56,729 bases of DNA from Clostridia bacterium (GTDB taxonomy: Bacteria; Bacillota; Clostridia; Christensenellales; UBA1242): the NCBI GenBank assembly GCA_017398655.1, contig JAFQFI010000016.1, forward strand, positions 1 through 56,729, written 5' to 3'. Each line of letters opens with the position of its first letter. Position 1 is the stretch's first letter. Below are positions 39,994-48,934 of the stretch, in pieces. The notes under the pieces are model-generated. The model made no database searches. It saw only the letters and a list, made by a program, of their open reading frames with translations, and was not told the DNA's origin. The position numbers were made by a program, and so were the translations under genes.

Positions 39994-41019
39994 ATGCAAA
40001 AGTTTGAAAAAATAAAAAGTGGTGACATTATAGGTGTTTGTGCTCCATCAATGGGCTGTAGTGAAGATGGATACTACAAAAAAAGATGTGATAACGCTGT
40101 AAAAACTTTTAAAAAATTAGGGCACGAAATAATGTTTACAGAACATTGTTTTGGCAATTTACAAGCAAGAAGTAGTGATGCAAAAACAAGAGCAGAAGAG
40201 TTTGAAAAACTATTTTTTGACGATAATGTTAAAGGAATAATCTCTATGGCAGGTGGAGAGTTTGAAATGGAAATTTTGCCATATATAAACTTTAACAAAT
40301 TAAAAAAAGCAAAAAACAAATTTTTTCAAGGTTTTTCTGATAATACTTGCATATCTTTTTTATTGGCAACATTATGCGATAAAACTTCTGTGTATGGTAG
40401 CAATTTCTGTAATTTTGGTATGAAAAAATGGCATAAAAGTTTAAAAGATAATTACGACTATTTATGTGGAAAAAAAATAGAACAAGTTTCATATAAAAAA
40501 TATGAAGTAGAAAGCAATAGAAAAGAAGAAGGAAATGAGTTAAACGGATATAACTTAACTCAAAAAACTTGTCCTAAAATATTAACAGGAGAAAAAGAAG
40601 TTAATGTATCTGGCAGAGTTATAGGTGGATGTTTAGATATTTTATCAACCATTTGTGGAACAAAGTTTGATAAGGTTAAAGAATATGTAAAAAAACACAA
40701 AGAAGAAGGTTTAATTTGGTTTATTGAAAGTTGTGATTTGTCTGTTTTAGACCAACAAAGAGTAATTTGGAAATTAAAAAATGCTGGTTGGTTTGATGGC
40801 GCAAAAGCTGTTTTAATTGGCAGGCCATTAAAAAAAGAAGTTATATTTGATGTTGATTACTTAACTGCCAATTTAACAGAGTTAAAAAATTTAAATTGTC
40901 CTGTTGTAATTGATTTGGATATAGGCCATACTGCTCCAAATTGGTTTATAATAAACGGAGAAAATGCTCAGTTTTTTGCAAATAAGAAACAAGCAAAAAT
41001 TGTTTTTGAAAATTTATAA
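39994..41019 (+). CDS. S66 peptidase (LD-carboxypeptidase / MccF-like)
   Basis: APS, GFSDNT (Ser), GGCLD, FIES (Glu), DIGHT (His). Confidence 0.9.
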   Translation: MQKFEKIKSGDIIGVCAPSMGCSEDGYYKKRCDNAVKTFKKLGHEIMFTEHCFGNLQARSSDAKTRAEEFEKLFFDDNVKGIISMAGGEFEMEILPYINFNKLKKAKNKFFQGFSDNTCISFLLATLCDKTSVYGSNFCNFGMKKWHKSLKDNYDYLCGKKIEQVSYKKYEVESNRKEEGNELNGYNLTQKTCPKILTGEKEVNVSGRVIGGCLDILSTICGTKFDKVKEYVKKHKEEGLIWFIESCDLSVLDQQRVIWKLKNAGWFDGAKAVLIGRPLKKEVIFDVDYLTANLTELKNLNCPVVIDLDIGHTAPNWFIINGENAQFFANKKQAKIVFENL

Positions 41020-41116
41020 AAAAGAAAAAACACCTTATAAAAAAGGTGTTTTTATATTGCCATAATATTTTTTTAAAAATGTATCATTTTTGTTTGTGGT
41101 AGATAAATTGTTTAAT

Positions 41117-41671
41117 TTATTTTTTAAAAGGTAGATATTCAATATCCATAGTAATAAAAGCTAAATATTGTTTTGTTTTTATACGCAAGGCCCTTGTTCT
41201 AAAACAAAAAATATCAACAGCTTCCCATACAAAAACCCATGCAATAATATCTATAATTTCTGCCCAAAAAGAAATAGACGCTTTATATTCAAGTAAAAAA
41301 GCCAAAGCCAAAACAAAAACGCCTGCAAGCATTAATAAAACTGCAATTAAATTGTTTTTATTTATTTCTGTTTTATTAGCAAAACATTGTTCTCTGTAGT
41401 ATTCTTTTATTGCTCTTTTATATATTAGTTTTTCATTATCATCAATACAATCACTTTTTATTTTTAAAGTTATTTTTGTATTTGGTGGAATTGCTTTTGC
41501 GCTTGTTTCAATAAAATCTGCAACTTCGTTACTAATAACGGGTGTTTCCGTTTCTGAGAAAACTGACAAAAAGTTTTCGTCATCTTTTACAACCATATTA
41601 ATAATTGCTTCTTTTTGTTTTTTATCTACAGTACTTATGTTTTCTTTTATATTTGTTTTATATTTTGTCAT
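41117..41671 (-). CDS. Hypothetical 2-TM membrane protein
   Basis: Soluble N-terminus, two TM segments, IIAWVFVWEAVD motif; AGAGGA RBS. Confidence 0.75.
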   Translation of the reverse strand: MTKYKTNIKENISTVDKKQKEAIINMVVKDDENFLSVFSETETPVISNEVADFIETSAKAIPPNTKITLKIKSDCIDDNEKLIYKRAIKEYYREQCFANKTEINKNNLIAVLLMLAGVFVLALAFLLEYKASISFWAEIIDIIAWVFVWEAVDIFCFRTRALRIKTKQYLAFITMDIEYLPFKK

Positions 41672-41688
41672 ATTTTCCTCTAAGATTA

Positions 41689-42132
41689 TTAATCATTAAT
41701 ATCGTCAACTATAATTTCGTTTAAAATATTACCTTCAAAAGAATCTTCTTCTAAAACATCTTCAATGCCACAACTTTTTTTATAATCTCTAATAATCTGT
41801 TCAATTACTTTTGTTAAATTATCCTCAGTATATTCATAAAAATTTTCGGTTATAAATTTAAGCGAAAAAGAATATTCTTTGCCTTTTTTATATATACAAT
41901 AAATTGGCTTATTAACGGTGCTTGCCCAACCAATTTCAATGCCTGTTCCGGTTGATGGATAACTTACATCAGCAATCATTATATCGCAAGATTTAATAAC
42001 ATCTCTTGTGTTTTTAACCCTGTCTTCAGGAAAGAAAAAATTGTGTTTTCTTAATCTAAAACTTTTTTTAATTGGTTCATAAAGTTCTTTTTCAAAATCA
42101 AAACTTGTAGAATGCGAAATAGAAATATTCAA
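41689..42132 (-). CDS. Nucleoside 2-deoxyribosyltransferase-like protein
   Basis: CDIMIADVSYPSTGTGIEIGWA motif; TTG start with AAGGAG RBS. Confidence 0.75.
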   Translation of the reverse strand: MNISISHSTSFDFEKELYEPIKKSFRLRKHNFFFPEDRVKNTRDVIKSCDIMIADVSYPSTGTGIEIGWASTVNKPIYCIYKKGKEYSFSLKFITENFYEYTEDNLTKVIEQIIRDYKKSCGIEDVLEEDSFEGNILNEIIVDDIND

Positions 42133-42245
42133 AACAAAACTCCTTATTAAAATAATTCTAACTTTAGTTTAAAATTTTTTAATGTTTTTGTAAATAAAAT
42201 ATTAAATAGATTTTAAAATATGTTATAATAAAATTGGAGAAACAA

Positions 42246-43220
42246 ATGGATAATTTTTTATATCAAGCACAATTAATTGAAGAAATTATATCTAAACAAA
42301 AACTAACCAAAATAAAAAAAGATTATACAGACATAAGTTTAAAATACAGAAAGGAAGATATTAATTCTGTATCAGTTATTTCAAACAACAATCAAGCACT
42401 AAGTTATGTAATAAGTAGAATGCCAGAAACTTCTGTTATAATAGATGATGTACTTTGTAAATTAAATAAAATAGTAAATTTAAAAAACAAAATAACTTCT
42501 GTTTTAGATTTGGGCAGTGGTACAGGTTCTGCTTTATGGGCTTTAGAAAATTATGTAAATAATATTGATATTTATGCAGTAGAAAAACAAGAAGCAATGA
42601 TAAAATATTCCAAAGAATTGTCAAATAAACTTAATTTGAATATTAACTACTTAAAAGAAGATGTTCTATCAGAAAAAGTTAAAAACTTGCCCAAAACAGA
42701 TATTGTTTTAGAATCTTTTATGCTAAACGAAATGAATAAAACAGATAGAATAAAAACTTTAGATTTGATGATAGAAAAATCAAAAAATTATGTTGTTTTA
42801 ATAGAACCCGGAACACCAATTTCCTATAAAAAAATGATGGAAGATAGGCAATATTTGTTATCAAAAAATTTAAACTTAATATTACCATGCACACATAGTG
42901 GTATTTGTCCTTTAAAAGAAGATTATTGTAATTTTACAGTAAGAATAAGCAGAACTAAAACTTTAAGACAAATTAAAAATGGTTTTTTAGGATATGAAGA
43001 TGAAAAATATTTCTTTTTAATTTTTAGCAAAGAAGATGTTTCAAAAGATTTTAATTCTGTTGTTATAAGAAAACCAATTTATCGCAAAAGTTGTGTAGAT
43101 TTAAAATTATGCAATAAAGATAAAACCATTAAAAACATAACAATTACAAAAAACAACAAAAAAAATTATGTTATATCCAAAAACTTAAAACATGGAGATT
43201 TTTTTAATTTTGAAAACTAA
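42246..43220 (+). CDS. Rsm22/METTL17-family SAM-dependent methyltransferase
   Basis: YVISRMPET, VLDLGSGTG, IEPGTP, PCTHSGICPL..DYCNF, GYEDEKY; start ATG 42246 after GGAG. Confidence 0.88.
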   Translation: MDNFLYQAQLIEEIISKQKLTKIKKDYTDISLKYRKEDINSVSVISNNNQALSYVISRMPETSVIIDDVLCKLNKIVNLKNKITSVLDLGSGTGSALWALENYVNNIDIYAVEKQEAMIKYSKELSNKLNLNINYLKEDVLSEKVKNLPKTDIVLESFMLNEMNKTDRIKTLDLMIEKSKNYVVLIEPGTPISYKKMMEDRQYLLSKNLNLILPCTHSGICPLKEDYCNFTVRISRTKTLRQIKNGFLGYEDEKYFFLIFSKEDVSKDFNSVVIRKPIYRKSCVDLKLCNKDKTIKNITITKNNKKNYVISKNLKHGDFFNFEN

Positions 43221-43225
43221 AAAAT

Positions 43226-43261
43226 AAAAAACCAAACAAATAAATTTTGTTTGGTTTTTTT
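43226..43261. terminator. Bidirectional terminator at the tRNA-Leu 3' end
   Basis: AAAAAACCAAACAAA / TTTGTTTGGTTTTTT. Confidence 0.8.
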
Positions 43262-43264
43262 GTA

Positions 43265-43347
43265 TGGTGCGGATGGTGGGACTCGAACCCACAAGGTCGC
43301 CCACACGCCCCTTAAACGTGCGCGTTTACCGGTTTCGCCACATCCGC
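43265..43347 (-). tRNA. tRNA-Leu(AAG)
   Basis: GCGGATG/CATCCGC acceptor, CACGT-TTAAGGG-GCGTG anticodon arm (AAG at 34-36, G37), variable arm, ACCA end; TTGCAA-17-TACAAT promoter. Confidence 0.92.
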
Positions 43348-43636
43348 ATATAATTTAAAGCGAGTATATTGTAGCAAATGTGTTTTAATTTTGCAATCAC
43401 TTTTTTTATTTTAATGTAAAAAATTTAAAAATACTTATTAAAAATTATTAATAAACAAAAAATATCAACAATTATTAATCTTTTTGTGGATAAATTTTAT
43501 TTAATAAAATATAAAACATTTATTTTTTTGGTTAGTTTAAATAAAAAAACAAAAAAAGCAAAATTATTAAAAATTCAATATTGATTTGTTATATAAATTG
43601 TTGTAATATATAAAAAATTTGTAGGAGGGGTATTTT

Positions 43637-44332
43637 ATGGATTTTTATAATTATAAAATACATGTATATGCAAAAAACAAATCCGATTTGCCTATGGAAG
43701 AAAGAATGTTTTCTGCAAAGTTATATGCAGAGGAACAAGCGCAAAACGAGTATGATAATATAAAAGAATTATACACTCGCACACTATCGGCTGCCCCTAT
43801 TTCAGGACATATGAGTGTATCGTCTGGCAGAATGGCCGCAGCAATATATCAAGATATGCTTGTTGATGCTTCAAATAAACTTGCAAGAATTCAAGGACAA
43901 AGTGTTGTTGAATATTTTGAATACTTAGAAAAGCAAGAAACAATTGCTATTGAAAATTACACAGAAAATAAAATTGCAGAATATGCAGAAACCTCAAGAG
44001 AATTAACAAGGTTAAATAAAAATAAAGGTATTTCTGCAAAACTTACAAACTTTTTTGGTCAAGGAGAGCAAAGAGTTGCAGAATTAAGTCAAGAAATGGA
44101 TGTTTTGTGCGAACAATATTCTGTAGCACAAGATTCTACTGAAAGTTGGTCATATATGACACAAAATGAAAGAATGGAATATTTGCTTGGAAGAAGTGAA
44201 GTTGATAAAATTACATCTTTTGATCAAAATGGCATCGATACTTTAGGCAAAAGTTTATCTTTAATGCGTAGACAAGGTGAGTTTGCTCAAGATGTGTCTA
44301 TGGCAGTAACAACAATTAGTTTTGAAGAATAA
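43637..44332 (+). CDS. Acidic helical orphan protein
   Basis: Strong AGGAGGGG RBS, own terminator; no recognisable motif. Confidence 0.75.
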   Translation: MDFYNYKIHVYAKNKSDLPMEERMFSAKLYAEEQAQNEYDNIKELYTRTLSAAPISGHMSVSSGRMAAAIYQDMLVDASNKLARIQGQSVVEYFEYLEKQETIAIENYTENKIAEYAETSRELTRLNKNKGISAKLTNFFGQGEQRVAELSQEMDVLCEQYSVAQDSTESWSYMTQNERMEYLLGRSEVDKITSFDQNGIDTLGKSLSLMRRQGEFAQDVSMAVTTISFEE

Positions 44333-44337
44333 TTTTT

Positions 44338-44370
44338 AAAAACCATAACTAAACAAGTTATGGTTTTTTT
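44338..44370 (+). terminator. Intrinsic terminator
   Basis: AAAAACCATAACT / AGTTATGGTTTTT. Confidence 0.75.
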
Positions 44371-44479
44371 ATTTAAACAAAAGAAAATTAAAAATATATA
44401 TTAATTTGCACAAGTTTTCTTTTTTTATCTTGTTTTTTTTATTTGCTTTGATATAATCACACTGAGAGGTAAAAAATTA

Positions 44480-45478
44480 ATGAGAAAGGAAGTTCCTTAT
44501 AGTATTGGCAAAAGAGATTTGTCTTGCCAAAATAACTGGAAACAACTTAATACACGCTCATATAAGATAGACAAACCAACTATCTTTTGTTTTGGTGGAA
44601 ACGCTACAAAAACAGAAGAAATTGCAAATGGTATGTGTAAAGTTGCTGCCTCATTAATTGGTTTAAAACAAAAAAAAGTTGACGAAGGTGCAACATACGA
44701 CGAAGTTGATGTTGTAGGTGTAAGTTATGGCGAAACCTTTAAAGATTCGCCAGAATTTGCTTCTTTTATTAAGCAATCTGAATTATTAGAACTTGTAGAT
44801 AATGTTTTTGTTCCACTTGCTGTTGATGAAAATTTTTCAAGGTTAAGTACAGAACAAGCACAAAAGAATTTTAATCAAATAACATTTTTTTCTCATTGTT
44901 ATGGGGCTGTTGTTGTTAATCAACTTGTAAGTTTTTTATTTTCAAGAATGCAAGCTTTTGGTTATTCAAACCAAGAAATTTTAGACATACAAAAACAAAT
45001 TACCAGCATAAGTTATGCTCCTATGGAAGAAATTTGTAATGTTTCAAGCATATATGCAATATCTGCACACGATAGGGTTGTAGAAGTGCCAAAATATGCT
45101 TCAGAGGGCTTTAAAGAAGTTTATAATGGATATCGTGAAGGCGATATTGTTTTTGATGGAAATTATTTATTTCAAGAAGACGAAAATACTGTTGTTTTAT
45201 TTACTTCTAATATGAATAAGGGTCCTGTTAGTGAACATGCATTGTCTTTGCTTGAAAGAAATGAAGATTGGAGATATACAACTCTTAATGATGACAATGC
45301 AAATGCTGTTTCTCAAGTTTTAGGTTATGCTATGGCACAATCTGTTGCTTGTGGCTTGCAAAATAAAGATTCACAAACATTTATCCCCAAGCCCACTTTG
45401 TCAGAAACACTTGAAAGTTGCCAAAGTATTTTAAGTGATTTTAAACAAAGTGATTTAGGTATTAGTTTAGTTAAATAA
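44480..45478 (+). CDS. Orphan alpha/beta-hydrolase-like protein with putative Cys nucleophile
   Basis: IFCFGGN, FFSHCYGA elbow, ISYAP, SAHD, EH; GAGAGG RBS; extended -10 TGATATAAT. Confidence 0.55.
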   Translation: MRKEVPYSIGKRDLSCQNNWKQLNTRSYKIDKPTIFCFGGNATKTEEIANGMCKVAASLIGLKQKKVDEGATYDEVDVVGVSYGETFKDSPEFASFIKQSELLELVDNVFVPLAVDENFSRLSTEQAQKNFNQITFFSHCYGAVVVNQLVSFLFSRMQAFGYSNQEILDIQKQITSISYAPMEEICNVSSIYAISAHDRVVEVPKYASEGFKEVYNGYREGDIVFDGNYLFQEDENTVVLFTSNMNKGPVSEHALSLLERNEDWRYTTLNDDNANAVSQVLGYAMAQSVACGLQNKDSQTFIPKPTLSETLESCQSILSDFKQSDLGISLVK

Positions 45479-45673
45479 TTTGTTTTAAATTCATTATATA
45501 TTTATTGATAATTTTAATAGTTTTTTATGACAAAAAAAGATTTTTATAAAACAAAAACCTTTTGGTTTTTTGTTGTTTTTTTGCATTTAAAAATTTAATT
45601 AAAACAAATTATTTTTTCTACTGCTTTATTTTATAGATAGTAATTTAATTTTTAATTTTTTAGGGGATAAAAT

Positions 45674-46468
45674 ATGAGAATAGTAATTAAAATAGGAACA
45701 TCTACCTTAACACATAGTACTGGTAGATTAAATATAAAAAGAACAAATGAAATATGTCAGACAATAAGCGACCTTAAAAATGAAGGGCACGAAATAATTT
45801 TAGTTTCTTCTGGTGCTATTGCAATGGGGGTTGGAAAACTTTCTTTAAGCGAAAAACCAAAAGACATTCCAACAAAACAAGCAGCAGCTGCTGTTGGTCA
45901 ATGCGAACTTATGTACACATATGATAGAATTTTTAATAGTTTTAATCATACTGTTGCACAAATGCTTATTACAAAATCAGATTTAGATAGTTTAGAAAGA
46001 CACAAAAACATAAGCAATACATTATTTAAATTGCTTCAACTTAATGTTTTGCCAATTATAAACGAAAACGATACTATAGCAACAGAAGAGATTAAAGTGG
46101 GAGATAATGATACTTTATCAGCCCTTGTTGCAACAAGTGCAAAAGCAGATTTATTAATTATATTATCTGATATTGATGGGTTGTATACTGCCGACCCAAG
46201 AAAAGACAAAAATGCAAAATTAATTAAAAAGGTCAATGGTATAACAGAAAAGATTTTTGCCCTTGCAGGTGGAGAAGGAAGTAAATTGGGTACTGGTGGT
46301 ATGATAACAAAATTAAACGCTGCAAAAATTTGTAATGACAGTGGTTGCGATATGGTTATAGCTAATGGGCAAAATGTTAAAATTTTGTATGATATAATTA
46401 ATAATAAAAAAAGAAATTATACAAGGTTTTTTGCAAGCAAAAATTTAAAAGAGGGGGGAAATAAATAA
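45674..46468 (+). CDS. proB: Glutamate 5-kinase (no PUA domain)
   Basis: RIVIKIGTS, VSSGAI, KQAAAAVGQ, INENDT, GDNDTLSA, GTGGMITK. Confidence 0.96.
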   Translation: MRIVIKIGTSTLTHSTGRLNIKRTNEICQTISDLKNEGHEIILVSSGAIAMGVGKLSLSEKPKDIPTKQAAAAVGQCELMYTYDRIFNSFNHTVAQMLITKSDLDSLERHKNISNTLFKLLQLNVLPIINENDTIATEEIKVGDNDTLSALVATSAKADLLIILSDIDGLYTADPRKDKNAKLIKKVNGITEKIFALAGGEGSKLGTGGMITKLNAAKICNDSGCDMVIANGQNVKILYDIINNKKRNYTRFFASKNLKEGGNK

Positions 46469-47728
46469 ATGCAAACAACACAGCAAATATTACAAAATGC
46501 AAAAAAAGCTAAAATGCAGTTATCTATAATGACAAAGGAAGTTAAAAATAAAGTATTAGTAAAAATTTCTGAAAATATTTTAAAAAACAAAGAAGACATA
46601 TTAAAAGCAAATAAAATAGATGTAGAAAAAGCACAAGATACTTTAAGTGAAGTTATGATTGACAGATTGCTTTTAAACGAAGACAGAATAAAAAAAATGG
46701 CAGATAGTGTTTTAGATGTTGCTTTGTTAGAAGATCCTGTTGGAAAAATATTGGAAAGAGATACTTTAAGAAATGGATTAGAAGTTAAAAAAGTTTCAGT
46801 ACCTATTGGGGTTATAGGTATTATATATGAAAGCAGACCAAATGTTACTTTAGATGCTGGCGTATTGTGTTTTAAAAGTGGAAATGTTTGTGTGTTAAGA
46901 GGTGGCAAAGAAGCTTTTAATACATCTTATGTAATAGTTCAAATTATGAGAAAAACATTAAAAGAATTGGGTATAAATGAAAATTGCATATCTTTAATAG
47001 AAGATACTTCAAGGCAAAGTTCTTATGATCTTATGACGGCTGTTGGTTTTATAGATGCATTAATACCTCGTGGTGGGGCAAGTTTAATTAAAGCTTGTGT
47101 AGAAAACGCTAAGGTTCCTTGTATACAAACCGGTACAGGTATTTGTCACATATATGTTGACGAATTTGCAGATTTAAATAAAGCTTTAAGTATAATAGAA
47201 AATGCAAAAACCTCTCGTCCTTCTGTATGTAATGCATGTGAAGTTTGTCTGGTAAATGCTAATATAGCAAAAACATTTTTGCCTATGCTAAAACAAAAAT
47301 TAGTAACAGAAAGAAAAAATAAAAATCTACAAATAGTAGAATTTAGATGTGATGAACAATCTTTAAATATTTTAGGTGGAACTTTGGCAAAAGAAGAAGA
47401 TTTTGATACAGAGTTTTTAGATTATATTCTTGCAGTAAAAATAGTTGAAAATGTAGAGGAAGCAATTGAACATATTTCTCAACATTCAACACAACATAGT
47501 GATTGTATTATAAGTGAAAACAATTTAAATTGCGAAAATTTTACAAAGTGTGTAGATAGTTCTGCAGTATATGTAAATGCCTCTACTCGTTTTACAGATG
47601 GTGGTGAATTTGGCAAGGGTTGTGAAATTGGAATTTCAACTCAAAAACTTCATGCAAGAGGTCCAATGGGATTAAAAGAACTTTGTTCTTATAAATATAT
47701 TTTAAACGGAAACGGTCAAATAAGATAA
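46469..47728 (+). CDS. proA: Glutamate-5-semialdehyde dehydrogenase
   Basis: IYESRPNVT, IPRGG, SVCNACE, NASTRFTDG, ISTQKLHARGPMG. Confidence 0.97.
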   Translation: MQTTQQILQNAKKAKMQLSIMTKEVKNKVLVKISENILKNKEDILKANKIDVEKAQDTLSEVMIDRLLLNEDRIKKMADSVLDVALLEDPVGKILERDTLRNGLEVKKVSVPIGVIGIIYESRPNVTLDAGVLCFKSGNVCVLRGGKEAFNTSYVIVQIMRKTLKELGINENCISLIEDTSRQSSYDLMTAVGFIDALIPRGGASLIKACVENAKVPCIQTGTGICHIYVDEFADLNKALSIIENAKTSRPSVCNACEVCLVNANIAKTFLPMLKQKLVTERKNKNLQIVEFRCDEQSLNILGGTLAKEEDFDTEFLDYILAVKIVENVEEAIEHISQHSTQHSDCIISENNLNCENFTKCVDSSAVYVNASTRFTDGGEFGKGCEIGISTQKLHARGPMGLKELCSYKYILNGNGQIR

Positions 47729-47744
47729 AAGGAGAAAATAAAAG

Positions 47745-48548
47745 ATGAAATATAAGTTTGGTTTTATAGGTTGTGGCAATATGGGTGGTGCGTTAGTTAC
47801 TTCTGTTGTAAAAGTTGTTAACGCTAATGATATTGCTATATGTGATTTTGATAAAAACAAAGTTGAAAATTATGTTAATAAATATGGTGTTAGGTATGCA
47901 TCTTCAAAAGAGATTGCTTCTAATTGCAAATTTGTTGTTATTGGGGTTAAACCACAAGTTATGCAAGAAACTATAAAGGAGATTTCAGAAGAGTTAAAAA
48001 ATAGAGAAGATGTTGTTATTATTTCTATGGCCGCAGGCGTAGAAATTAAAACAATTTTAAGTTATATTGGCAAAGATTTGCCTGTGATAAGAATAATGCC
48101 AAATACTCCAGTTTCTGTAGGGGAAGGTATGATTTTATATACTTGTAAAAATGTTTTAGTTGAAGACGAAAATGAATTTTTAGCAAGTTTTAATAAAGCC
48201 GGAAAAATTGATAAATTAACTGAAGATAAAATTGATGCTGGTTGTGCTTTATCTGGCTGTGGACCTGCTTTTGCCTATATGTTTATAGAAGCATTGGCTG
48301 ATGCCGGAGTAGAGTGTGGTTTATCAAGAGATAAGGCAATTATGTATGCTTCTCAAACATTATTTGGTAGTGCAAAAATGGTGTTGCAAGGCAATCACCC
48401 AGCTGTTTTAAAAGATGCTGTTTGTTCTCCTAACGGAACAACAATTGCAGGGGTTCACGCTTTAGAAAAGGGTTGTTTTAGAGGCACAACAATGAACGCT
48501 GTTTTATCTGCATATGAAAAAACATTATCTTTAAAAAATAAAAAATAA
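47745..48548 (+). CDS. proC: Pyrroline-5-carboxylate reductase
   Basis: GFIGCGNMG, VKPQ, RIMPNTP, SGCGPA, VCSPNGTTI. Confidence 0.96.
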   Translation: MKYKFGFIGCGNMGGALVTSVVKVVNANDIAICDFDKNKVENYVNKYGVRYASSKEIASNCKFVVIGVKPQVMQETIKEISEELKNREDVVIISMAAGVEIKTILSYIGKDLPVIRIMPNTPVSVGEGMILYTCKNVLVEDENEFLASFNKAGKIDKLTEDKIDAGCALSGCGPAFAYMFIEALADAGVECGLSRDKAIMYASQTLFGSAKMVLQGNHPAVLKDAVCSPNGTTIAGVHALEKGCFRGTTMNAVLSAYEKTLSLKNKK

Positions 48549-48549
48549 A

Positions 48550-48584
48550 AAAAAGACCTAACATCAACAAAGTTAGGTCTTTTT
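48550..48584. terminator. Bidirectional terminator
   Basis: AAAAAGACCTAAC / GTTAGGTCTTTTT. Confidence 0.78.
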
Positions 48585-48604
48585 ATTTTGTGTTAAAGTT
48601 TTTA

Positions 48605-48922
48605 TTATTCTATGCAAACATATAAGCCATTATCATATAAAGGTAATTGTGCTATTTTAAAAAGTTTTTCAAATTCGTTGTCTTCCTTGCTTATTTGTGC
48701 TTGTTTATAAATATCTGTACCTTCATCAGGAATCATATCGTCTAAACTAACAGGAAGGTCTTTTTCTATAAAGTTTTTATCTACCCCATATAACATTATT
48801 GGGTATTTTTCTTGGTATGCTTTGTTTATGTTTTCTTCAAAAACTTTATAAACAAATAAACCTTTACTATATTTTAATTCGCCTAATGCAAGGTCTTTAT
48901 ATTTTACTATTAATCTTTCCAT
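48605..48922 (-). CDS. HipA N-terminal domain (HipS-like) protein
   Basis: LIVKY...LGEL....GLFVYK...LPVSLDDMIP...DNEFEKL pattern; 12 nt after the kinase gene, AAGGGG RBS. Confidence 0.6.
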   Translation of the reverse strand: MERLIVKYKDLALGELKYSKGLFVYKVFEENINKAYQEKYPIMLYGVDKNFIEKDLPVSLDDMIPDEGTDIYKQAQISKEDNEFEKLFKIAQLPLYDNGLYVCIE

Positions 48923-48934
48923 AATTTCCCCTTA

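Noticed and set aside
38116-41019. MccF-like peptidase divergent from argS as a synthetase-inhibitor resistance pair
   Set aside because: S66 peptidases are common in Firmicutes, no microcin-type biosynthetic genes are present, and adjacency alone is not evidence.
43265-43347. Reading the leucine tRNA as Leu(TAA)
   Set aside because: That register breaks two anticodon-stem pairs; the AAG register pairs fully and has G37 as expected for NAG tRNAs.
43485-43493. Perfect DnaA box (TGTGGATAA) in an AT-rich spacer, suggesting oriC
   Set aside because: Only one perfect box, no cluster, and no dnaA/dnaN nearby; compatible with chance or a lone regulatory site.
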